Assembly: GCA_041659325.1 (NCBI GenBank)
Contig: JBAZYN010000001.1
Coordinates: forward strand, 67,342-131,341
DNA from: Candidatus Shapirobacteria bacterium
Lineage (GTDB): Bacteria > Patescibacteriota > Microgenomatia > UBA12405
Reading direction: 5' to 3'
DNA length: 64,000 nucleotides
The notes under the pieces are model-generated. The model was given only the letters and a program-made list of their open reading frames with translations. It did no database searches and was not told the DNA's origin. A program made the translations under genes and the position numbers. Shown here in pieces: positions 1 through 8,138 of the stretch; within the stretch, counting starts at the first letter, position 1, and every line of letters begins with the position of its first letter.

Positions 1-93
1 TAACTTATAAAATTCCCGATAGTGGAGGGTCAATAAAGATCGAGGGCGAAGTCCACCTCACTGGGCCGGAATCAGGAGGCCGTTGGCAATAAT

Positions 94-816
94 ATGAAAA
101 ATAAAAAGATATTAATAATCGCTTCGATCGTGACATTAGGTGCCATCAGCATTGCTACCGGTTGGAGGTTGTATCAAACCAGAAAAGATTCTCAGGCCCC
201 TATTGAGCCAAAAGCCACTAGTCCGCAATGTACCCTGGAGTTTACTGTTTCTCCGCCCACTCCAACTCCCACCGTAACCTCTGGTCCCTCTCCAACTCCG
301 GGTCCGACCTCTACCAATACTCCCACGCCCACCAAAACTCCAATCCCTACCAAAACCCCAATCCCTACCAAGACTCCTACTCCCACCATAACTCCTACCG
401 GTACCCTCACCCCAACCATGACTCCTTCCGCAACGGCTATTCCCACCCCAACAGAAACATCTTCTCCAACCCCAACCATGACACTCACCAATACTCCCAC
501 TCCCACCAAAACCCCGGTTCCCACCGCCACACCGGTTCTTGTTTGCGGATCACCCTGTGGTGAAAATATAACCGGAATCTGCCCAGAGAACCATTCCTGT
601 TATAACGGCAAATGTGTTCTCCTTGCCTGTATGGAAGAATCCGCTGAATGCAATACCAGTAATTGTAAAATTATTCCTACCTTCGCCCCGACTGATACCA
701 AAAGCCCGACTCCAACCAGAATAACACTTCCCAATGCTGGCGTTGATTTCCCTGTCAAAGCTCTCGGACTTGTCGGTGTTATCATAACACTGTTAGGATT
801 TTTGATATTACTTTAA
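94..816 (+). CDS. Secreted or anchored protein. N-terminal signal/TM, long Pro/Thr-rich linker ([14 protein letters not shown]...), Cys-rich C-terminal module, C-terminal LPNAG motif plus hydrophobic tail.
   Basis: ORF track. AGGAGG at 74-79 upstream of the ATG. Composition read directly (about 40% P+T over residues 45-160, ten Cys in residues 150-195). Confidence 0.6.
   Translation: MKNKKILIIASIVTLGAISIATGWRLYQTRKDSQAPIEPKATSPQCTLEFTVSPPTPTPTVTSGPSPTPGPTSTNTPTPTKTPIPTKTPIPTKTPTPTITPTGTLTPTMTPSATAIPTPTETSSPTPTMTLTNTPTPTKTPVPTATPVLVCGSPCGENITGICPENHSCYNGKCVLLACMEESAECNTSNCKIIPTFAPTDTKSPTPTRITLPNAGVDFPVKALGLVGVIITLLGFLILL
331..384 (+). repeat. Three tandem copies of an 18-bp unit (accaaaactccaatccct / accaaaaccccaatccct / accaagactcctactccc) encoding [18 protein letters not shown], inside a longer PT-codon low-complexity tract of roughly 250-530.
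   Basis: Read directly in the sequence. Confidence 0.7.
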
Positions 817-828
817 ATTAAATAAAAA

Positions 829-1746
829 ATGAAATTAGGCGTTTTTTCAATTATCGAGGCGATGCGCCCCAATCAGTGGATCAAAAATTTAAATCTTTTT
901 GCTGCCGCCATTTTCAATGGTCAGCTACTCGATCCGGTGATTATGACAAAAAGTATTCTGGCTTTTTTTTCTTTTTGTTTCCTTTCCTCCTCCTCCTATT
1001 TAATCAATGATTTGGTCGATGTGGAAAAAGACCGACTTCATCCGGTAAAAAAGATGCGACCTCTCGCCAGAGGTGTCGTTTCAAAATCTACAGCCATATT
1101 TACTTCGATTTTTCTTTTGGTCCTCGGTTTAACAATATCTGGTTCCATCAATTCCACTTTTTTTTGGTTGTCATTATTTTTCATCATAATGCAATATTTA
1201 TATTCATTTACTATAAAGAAAAAAGCGGTATTGGACATAATCGGAATTGCTCTTTTCTTTATCATCAGAGCTTATGCCGGGGAAGTAGCTACGGGTTATC
1301 ATCTGCCAGTCTGGGTAATGCTATCGGTAATTTTCTTGTCATTATTTATAGCCAGCGGTAAACGCCGCAGTGAATTATCCAATAGCGGATCAAAAACACG
1401 TCTATCCTTGGAAAGATACGGTAAAACATTATTAAACTTTTATACAACCATGTTTGCGGTTTGTACCTTGATTACCTACGCCATGTTTACCTTTTTTGAA
1501 GAGCCAATCAGCTTTGAAGGTCCGATCCACCAATTCTTGCTGGAAAACTTCCCCAAAGCTCTATCTAGAAAATGGTACATGATTACTCTGGCTCCGGTTA
1601 TTTTTGGAATAATGCGGTATGGTCAAATAATTTTTGAAATGCAGGAGGGAGAAAGGCCGGAGCGTGTTATCGCCACCGATATTCCGCTAATTCTATCCGT
1701 TCTTACTTGGGGTTTGATGATGATTGCTATCGTCTATGTCCTCTAA
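829..1746 (+). CDS. UbiA-superfamily polyprenyl-phosphate phosphoribosyltransferase, like decaprenyl-phosphate 5-phosphoribosyltransferase (DPPR synthase).
   Basis: Multi-TM. Motifs RPNQWIKN (N-terminus), NDLVDVEKDRLHPVKKMRPLARGVV (NDxxDxxxD...RPxxxG), IRAYAGEVATG, ASGKRR and IMRYG. Recalled from memory, these match the Rv3806c-type family motif for motif. Confidence 0.7.
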   Translation: MKLGVFSIIEAMRPNQWIKNLNLFAAAIFNGQLLDPVIMTKSILAFFSFCFLSSSSYLINDLVDVEKDRLHPVKKMRPLARGVVSKSTAIFTSIFLLVLGLTISGSINSTFFWLSLFFIIMQYLYSFTIKKKAVLDIIGIALFFIIRAYAGEVATGYHLPVWVMLSVIFLSLFIASGKRRSELSNSGSKTRLSLERYGKTLLNFYTTMFAVCTLITYAMFTFFEEPISFEGPIHQFLLENFPKALSRKWYMITLAPVIFGIMRYGQIIFEMQEGERPERVIATDIPLILSVLTWGLMMIAIVYVL

Positions 1747-3310
1747 ATTTTTGGTCGTTTTGATCTTTCTTCTTTTTTTCACCAGATTCATAAAGTTAGA
1801 TTGGGGAAACGGCTATTATTTTCATCCGGACGAAAATAACATGGCCTCAGCTATTTCCCGCCTGTCACCGGGTAGTCTCGATCCAAAATTTTATGCCTAT
1901 GGTCAATTTCCCCTCTTTCTGGCTTTTTACTCTTTTCGATTTTACTCACTCTTACTTTGGAATATTCTACCCGACCACTTAACCTTTAGCCAGTCGATAC
2001 TCACCCTTAGATTTTGGTCTGCAATATTTTCCACTCTCTCTGTTTTGGTCTTCTATCTTATCTCCAAAAAAATTACTCCCAAAAAATATTTTTCAGAGAT
2101 ATTTGCAATTCTTTTAATATTTTCTCCCGGACTAATCCAGTTTTCTCACTTTGGAACCACCGAGTCGATATTGATCTTTGTGCTCGCGATAAACACCCTG
2201 TTAGGTTTGTTGATTCTTGATTCAAAAGGTATTCGGTTGGTTAATTTAGTTATTGCCTCGTCGCTTATTAACGCCGCTGGTTTAGCTACAAAAATTACTT
2301 CTGTAATATTGATCGGGCCGGTATTGCTTGCCCTCCTCCTTTTGTTTATCAGGAGTAGAAATAAAGTCCCAATCATATTACTTACCCAATTATTCACAAT
2401 TATTACCATTGTTTTATATGCCGCTTTTTCTCCCTTCAATATTGTTTCGAGAAAGGAATTTCTATCGACTATGGGTTATGAAACCGCAGTCGCTACCGGA
2501 AAAATCCCTGTATTTTATACCAGTCAATTTATTGGTACTAGACCATATATCTATCAATTTATCCACATCTTCCCATATGTAAACGGCCTGCCCGTTTTTC
2601 TTATAGCGATTTTGGGCATAATTCTTTTTATAAAAAAATTCCCAAAACCAATCGATCAAAAATATAAATGGTTAATCGTGCTCGCCACGCCGCTGATTTA
2701 TTTCCTTTATGTTGGCCAACTCTATACCAAGTGGACCCGTTTCATGTCACCGATATTCTTTATTTTTCCGCTTCTTACTGCGTATTTCATTTCTTCTCTC
2801 AGGCCAAACGGGCTAAAAATAATTTTCACCCTAATTTGTGTTATCCCCGGCTTCGTTTTTCTTTACAGATATCTCCAAAAAGACATTAGGGTTACGGCTT
2901 CGGAATGGGTGGACAAAAACATCCCCGAGAAATCAATTGTTCTTTCAGAAGCCGGAAATGTTATTAATTTTCCCATGGGGACAACAAGGGGATATGATAT
3001 AAATAATTTTGATTTCTATAAACTTGACGAAGACCCTAATCTTCCACCCAAACTTACAGACCTAGTCTCTGATGCCGATTATATCTTTGTCCCCTCAAGG
3101 CGGATCTTCAAAAATCAATATGGCCCCCGCTTCCCTCATAGCGATAAATATTATCGCCGGCTTTTTTCAGGCGCACTGGGTTTCAGGTTAATAAAAACCT
3201 TTCCGGCAGACTTAGTGATTTTAAATCCTGAAAATGCCGAAGAAACCTGGACTGTCTTTGATCGGCCAGTAATTAGGATTTTTCAAAAAGTAAATGGCCA
3301 AGCTCCATAA
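1736..3310 (+). CDS. Polytopic membrane glycosyltransferase, GT-C fold (GT39/PMT/ArnT-like), paralog 1.
   Basis: About 12 predicted TM segments; FHPDE acidic motif in the first extracytoplasmic loop; large C-terminal soluble domain. The ORF track starts at TTG 1724; ATG 1736 is preferred. Overlaps the upstream gene, suggesting translational coupling. Confidence 0.55.
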   Translation: MSSKFLVVLIFLLFFTRFIKLDWGNGYYFHPDENNMASAISRLSPGSLDPKFYAYGQFPLFLAFYSFRFYSLLLWNILPDHLTFSQSILTLRFWSAIFSTLSVLVFYLISKKITPKKYFSEIFAILLIFSPGLIQFSHFGTTESILIFVLAINTLLGLLILDSKGIRLVNLVIASSLINAAGLATKITSVILIGPVLLALLLLFIRSRNKVPIILLTQLFTIITIVLYAAFSPFNIVSRKEFLSTMGYETAVATGKIPVFYTSQFIGTRPYIYQFIHIFPYVNGLPVFLIAILGIILFIKKFPKPIDQKYKWLIVLATPLIYFLYVGQLYTKWTRFMSPIFFIFPLLTAYFISSLRPNGLKIIFTLICVIPGFVFLYRYLQKDIRVTASEWVDKNIPEKSIVLSEAGNVINFPMGTTRGYDINNFDFYKLDEDPNLPPKLTDLVSDADYIFVPSRRIFKNQYGPRFPHSDKYYRRLFSGALGFRLIKTFPADLVILNPENAEETWTVFDRPVIRIFQKVNGQAP

Positions 3311-4985
3311 AAATTATCTCATTGTAATTATTTGCGTTGCTGGATTATTGAGGCTTGTTGGCCTAAATTGGGATCAGGGCAACCATCTTCACCCCGACGA
3401 ACGAATGATCACTATGGTTGTTGGCCGGATTAGCATGCCTCCGATAGATCCGGTACTAAAAATTGGGCAAAAACTAAATATATTATTTTCTCCGGACTCA
3501 ACCTTAAACCCCAAATTTTTTGCCTACGGATCCTTTCCCATATATCTTCTCAAATTTTCTGCCCACCTTCTTACCCCGATATTTCCCAAAATCTCTTCTT
3601 ATGATCAAATTAATTTACTCGGAAGAGCAATCTCTGCCGTCTTTGATACTCTTGTCATTATTTTCATTTATCGTCTTGGCCTTTTGATTTTCAAGAGTTC
3701 CTCAAAAAGTCTCTTCGCCTCGGTAATTTACGGCTTATCTATCTTTCCTATCCAGTTGTCCCATTTCTATGCAGTCGACACGATTTTATCTTTTTTTATC
3801 CTATTTACCATTTATCAACTAATTTGTTACTTCCGGCAACAACGATTTATAAATCTTTTGTTCGCCGGCGTTGGTTTCGGATTATCTTTAGCCACCAAAG
3901 TAAGTGCCATCGTCTTGGTAGTACCTTTTGCCACCTGCTTTACCCTATTGACCTGGCGTTTTATTAACTCCAAAAAAATACTAAAAACACTAAAATTACT
4001 TCTATTAGTCTCCGCCATTACGATTATTGTTTTTTTTATTTTCCAACCATTTGCCTTAACGGATTTTTCTACTTTTAAACGACAAATACTCGAGCAACAG
4101 GCCATGACCAAAGATGCCTTTGTCTTCCCTTATACACTTCAATATGTCAACACAATTCCTTATCTTTATCCGCTAAAAAATATCTTTCTTTGGGGTCTTG
4201 GCCCGGTAATTGGCCTTATGGCTACAATTGGTTTTTTTGCCCTAATAAAAAAATTATCTCGAGGGCTATTTTCTCCCGGCAGCCAAAATTCACCAGGAGC
4301 AACCATTATTTTATTTTCCTTTTTTATAACGTATTTCATAATAGTAGGTGGTTTTGCCGTAAAATGGATGCGTTATTGTCTGCCGCTGTATCCGATATTT
4401 GCCTTATTTGCTGCCAACACTATCGGAGATATAAAGTCAAAATACCTAAAGACTACTATTTTATTAATCCATTTGTGTCTTGTTTTTGCCTTTATGAGTA
4501 TTTATCAAGTTCCCAATACCCGGGTTACCGCCACCAAATGGATTAATAAAAACATTTCTCCAGGGTCAACTATTCTAGTGGAACACTGGGACGATCCACT
4601 GCCTTTAGGTTATCTCAATAAAAATATTACTCAACTTTCTTTACCGCTTTACGATTCCGATCTTGAACCCAACAAGTGGGTTAACATCAACAAAATGTTA
4701 GATACCGGTGACTACATTATTCTTTCGAGTAATCGTCTCTATACTCCCCTCCAAAAACTAACCAATTGTGATCAACTTCCTCCCGGTCGGTGTTATTCCA
4801 AAACAGCTACATATTATCAAGACCTTTTTTCCGGGAAACTTGGATATACCAAAGTAGCTGAGTTTACCAATTACCCCAAACTTTTTGGAATTAGCATCGA
4901 CGATCAGTCAGCCGACGAATCTTTTACTGTCTACGACCACCCAAAAGTAATGATTTATAAGAATACTCATGTTCAAAAAAATTAA
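3294..4985 (+). CDS. Polytopic membrane glycosyltransferase, GT-C fold (GT39/PMT/ArnT-like), paralog 2.
   Basis: Same architecture as 1736-3310 (LHPDE loop motif, multi-TM, C-terminal domain). Its start overlaps the upstream stop. Confidence 0.55.
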   Translation: MAKLHKNYLIVIICVAGLLRLVGLNWDQGNHLHPDERMITMVVGRISMPPIDPVLKIGQKLNILFSPDSTLNPKFFAYGSFPIYLLKFSAHLLTPIFPKISSYDQINLLGRAISAVFDTLVIIFIYRLGLLIFKSSSKSLFASVIYGLSIFPIQLSHFYAVDTILSFFILFTIYQLICYFRQQRFINLLFAGVGFGLSLATKVSAIVLVVPFATCFTLLTWRFINSKKILKTLKLLLLVSAITIIVFFIFQPFALTDFSTFKRQILEQQAMTKDAFVFPYTLQYVNTIPYLYPLKNIFLWGLGPVIGLMATIGFFALIKKLSRGLFSPGSQNSPGATIILFSFFITYFIIVGGFAVKWMRYCLPLYPIFALFAANTIGDIKSKYLKTTILLIHLCLVFAFMSIYQVPNTRVTATKWINKNISPGSTILVEHWDDPLPLGYLNKNITQLSLPLYDSDLEPNKWVNINKMLDTGDYIILSSNRLYTPLQKLTNCDQLPPGRCYSKTATYYQDLFSGKLGYTKVAEFTNYPKLFGISIDDQSADESFTVYDHPKVMIYKNTHVQKN

Positions 4986-6480
4986 TCCTCTTGTTGGAAT
5001 TTTGATATTTTTTTTGGTAGTTTGTTTCTATCGTCTGGACTCAATACCCGGAGAATGGTTTGGTGATGTTTCCATTGTCAATAGTTATGTTTCTCAAATT
5101 ATTACCGGGCAGTGGCCATTTACTTTTATCACTAGTCAAGGACCTCTCTACTACTATCTTATCGCTCCCATCATTTATATCTTCGGGGTTAGCTACCTGA
5201 ATTATAAAATATGCTCTGTACTTACCGGATTAATGGGCATAGTATTCGTTTATCTGTTTGTTAAAACTCTAAGCAATAGGTCAGCCGGATTAATTGCCGC
5301 CTTCATTACCGCCTCTTCTTTTTGGTACTTAGTTTGGTGCCGCCTAGGCTACAATATTATCGGCCCTGTTCTTACTGCCATCACTTTATTTTTGTTTTTT
5401 AATTATCAAAAAAATAAAAATACGAAATTTCTTTACTCGGTGCTATTTATTAGTTGCCTTGGTCTTATCAATTATGCCGGAACATTCTTCCTCCCACTGG
5501 CAATTATTACCATTTTCTTAGTAAATGCCATCTTTATATCAAAAACGAGCATTCGTTCAATTTTTACTACACTTATTATTTTTTTTATTGCTCTCGTTCC
5601 CATGGTTATCATACTTAGTCAGAACTTAGATAGTCTATCCCCTGGTTATATGGGTGAAAAATTATTTCAAACTAAACAATACTCAACCTCGGAAAATATT
5701 AATCGTCTGGCCACCAACTTACGACGCACCTTAGGTATGTTTCATTTTGAAGGTGACGTTGTTTTTCGTTGGAATGTCTCAAAAAGTCCTCATCTGGACA
5801 TTGTAAGCGGAATTTTTTTAATCATTGGCTTAATTTGTTCGTTAATTAAAAAAAAAGCTACAACTTTATTATTACTAATAAGCGCCTTTATTTTAATTTT
5901 ACCTTCAATATATCCAGGCCACCCTTCGGCGGAAGTGCCCAGTAGCCCCAGGACCCAGGCTATTATTCCCATAATAATATACTTAACTAGTTTCGGAGTT
6001 TATTACTTGACGGAATTTACAAAAAAGTTATATCCGTCAGCTACAAAAATATTACTTTTCCTCATTCTTTCTAGTATTTCATTTTTAAACTTAACCAAAT
6101 ACTTTATCGACTACCCGAAGGGTTTGCCTAACGACAATACTCCATTTGGAAAAATCATCGCCCAAGATATTGACAAGTTGCCTCCCGGAGTCGATGTATA
6201 TCTTGCCGATATCGGTTGGGGTGATTGGGAACAGCCGGAACCAGACGGAATTTTTTATGCCATAAACAACAATAAAGGAAGAGAAAATATTCTCTCGGGT
6301 ACAATAAGTGATTGTAGTCAAATTAATCAATTAAAAAATAGTTATATAATTTCAAATCCACTTAGTGAAACAAAATTAGAAATATTCCAACAATGTTTTT
6401 CTCAAATCGAAACAGAAACACACACCGTAAACAATCAACTTGTTTATAAAAGCCTGTTTATAAAATCAAATCCTGACTAA
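4969..6480 (+). CDS. Polytopic membrane protein, probably a third GT-C-type glycosyltransferase.
   Basis: Ten or more hydrophobic segments, YYYLIAP-type N-terminal segment, soluble C-terminal domain; 4-nt overlap with the upstream gene. Confidence 0.45.
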   Translation: MFKKINPLVGILIFFLVVCFYRLDSIPGEWFGDVSIVNSYVSQIITGQWPFTFITSQGPLYYYLIAPIIYIFGVSYLNYKICSVLTGLMGIVFVYLFVKTLSNRSAGLIAAFITASSFWYLVWCRLGYNIIGPVLTAITLFLFFNYQKNKNTKFLYSVLFISCLGLINYAGTFFLPLAIITIFLVNAIFISKTSIRSIFTTLIIFFIALVPMVIILSQNLDSLSPGYMGEKLFQTKQYSTSENINRLATNLRRTLGMFHFEGDVVFRWNVSKSPHLDIVSGIFLIIGLICSLIKKKATTLLLLISAFILILPSIYPGHPSAEVPSSPRTQAIIPIIIYLTSFGVYYLTEFTKKLYPSATKILLFLILSSISFLNLTKYFIDYPKGLPNDNTPFGKIIAQDIDKLPPGVDVYLADIGWGDWEQPEPDGIFYAINNNKGRENILSGTISDCSQINQLKNSYIISNPLSETKLEIFQQCFSQIETETHTVNNQLVYKSLFIKSNPD

Positions 6481-6509
6481 ATACATGTTATCATCTAAAT
6501 ACTTTTTTT

Positions 6510-7571
6510 ATGAATAAAACATTGAATCCGGCAGTAACCATTATTTCCACCTCCCCCGAAACAGTCCTAAAAGACTATCAAAAACTCTTTTCCAATTTTC
6601 CCAAACCCAAAAATGTTCCCACTATTATTAAACTAAATTTATCATGGACAAAATTTTACCCTGCCGTATCCACTCCCCCCTGGCATTTCGAAGCTGCCTT
6701 ACAGTGGCTAATTAATTCCGGCGTCTCTCCTAAAAATATTATCCCCGTCGAAAATCGAACCGTAGTAACCAAGGTTAAGGTTGGTGCCAAAAATCATGGA
6801 TGGACAAAAATTGCCAAAAAGTATGGAGTAAAAATCCATTATCTTACCGACGAAAAGTATGTTTCTTTTCATCCCAAATCAAAAATGTTGGTTTTGAACG
6901 AAATTTTCCCGGACGGAATTCTTTTACCAAAAATAATTATGGGTAAACCGTTGATTACTCTTTGCACCCTCAAATCCCATGTCTTTACCACCATTACCGG
7001 CTCAGTCAAAAATTATTTTGGTATGCTCAACACCAACCGCCACTTTTGTCATCGGCGTATTCACCAGGCCATTATCGATTTACTTCAGGTCCAAAAAGAA
7101 CTTCATCCGCAAATCTACGCTGTTATGGACGGGTCTGTTTTAGGTTTTGGGCCCGGGCCTCGCGCTATGGAGTGGGAAGCGTCTAATTTGATTTTAGGTA
7201 GTCTCGACGAAATTGCCCTGGATGCTACTGCCGCCAGAATTATTGGTTTCGACCCACACACCATCGAATTTCTTCAGCTTGGACAAAAATTAAAATTAGG
7301 GGAGATCGATCCAGTTTATAGCCAAAAATTACCAAATTTCCATCACAGCATCAAAAAAGACACCTTTGCTTCAAGAGGTCAAAAATTTATTTATCATCGT
7401 TTACCTGAGTGGATCGAAAGACTACTTCTCCGAAGTTTTATTGCCCCCTGGTCCTTCGCCGCCTCTAACTTATATCATGATGGTTATTGGTATAATTTTG
7501 TCGGTCGTTCTCGATTGAATCGCTATTTATCATCTGGTTGGGGGAAGCTATTTAAATCTTACCAAAAATAG
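6510..7571 (+). CDS. DUF362-like protein of unknown function.
   Basis: IIKLNLSW...(VKPNL-like)...LPKIIMGKPLITLCTLKSHVFTTITGSVKNYFGMLN resembles the DUF362 core (LPKLKTH..G.TGa.KN.fG). Assigned from memory only. Confidence 0.4.
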   Translation: MNKTLNPAVTIISTSPETVLKDYQKLFSNFPKPKNVPTIIKLNLSWTKFYPAVSTPPWHFEAALQWLINSGVSPKNIIPVENRTVVTKVKVGAKNHGWTKIAKKYGVKIHYLTDEKYVSFHPKSKMLVLNEIFPDGILLPKIIMGKPLITLCTLKSHVFTTITGSVKNYFGMLNTNRHFCHRRIHQAIIDLLQVQKELHPQIYAVMDGSVLGFGPGPRAMEWEASNLILGSLDEIALDATAARIIGFDPHTIEFLQLGQKLKLGEIDPVYSQKLPNFHHSIKKDTFASRGQKFIYHRLPEWIERLLLRSFIAPWSFAASNLYHDGYWYNFVGRSRLNRYLSSGWGKLFKSYQK

Positions 7572-7573
7572 TC

Positions 7574-8131
7574 ATGAATCTTCTTTTCTGGCAGACAAAA
7601 GCCAATTTTTATAAACTTTTTTCCTCATCGTCAGTCGGCAATCTCTTTTTAGTTTATTCAAATTACGCTACTTGGGTTTTTTTATTATTTCCCTCCTTTA
7701 TTCTGGTAAAGAGTAACCCCAATCTTTTTTGGCAGCTTTTTTTTGCTACCATTGCCAGCGAGATAATCGAAAAGGTACTAAAGAAAAAAAACTTTTGGAA
7801 AAGACCAGCCTTTACCAACAATGATAATATTCCCAAGGGGTTAATAAAATCTTGGTATCTTACCGGCTCATTTCCCTCCGGGCATACTATTAAAGCTACT
7901 TTTTTCTTGCTGCTTCTTATCCAGCACCAACTTTTTTTCCCGGTTTTTCTAATTATTATTATTCCTCTGATATTTTTTCGAATTCTTATTGGTTTTCATT
8001 ATCCCATCGACGTCTTGGGCGGCGTCATCATTGGAGCCATTATCTGGTTTTTTGTTCGACTGATTATTATGCCTCTTTTTTTAATTAATATCGTCCAGAC
8101 TATCTTTAGTTTTGTATTTTTTATAAAATAA
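7574..8131 (+). CDS. PAP2-family membrane phosphatase (phosphatidic acid / polyprenyl-phosphate phosphatase type).
   Basis: The three PAP2 motifs in order: KKNFWKRPAF (KxxxxxxRP), PSGHT (PSGH), FRILIGFHYPIDV (SRxxxxxHxxxD-like). Multi-TM. Confidence 0.65.
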   Translation: MNLLFWQTKANFYKLFSSSSVGNLFLVYSNYATWVFLLFPSFILVKSNPNLFWQLFFATIASEIIEKVLKKKNFWKRPAFTNNDNIPKGLIKSWYLTGSFPSGHTIKATFFLLLLIQHQLFFPVFLIIIIPLIFFRILIGFHYPIDVLGGVIIGAIIWFFVRLIIMPLFLINIVQTIFSFVFFIK

Positions 8132-8138
8132 TACACAT

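Noticed and set aside
1-93. Possible 3' end of a structured RNA upstream of the first gene (GC-rich palindromic segments, the gggccgg..ggccg region).
   Set aside because: Only weak pairing, no recognisable SRP, RNase P or tmRNA motifs. More simply the 5' UTR with an AGGAGG RBS for the first ORF.
192-563. Long ORFs on the opposite strand and in alternate frames across the PT-repeat region (192-530 minus strand, 228-563 plus strand).
   Set aside because: Low-complexity ACC/CCA/ACT codon repeats leave all frames open. The plus-strand frame with a signal peptide, Cys module and RBS is the real gene.
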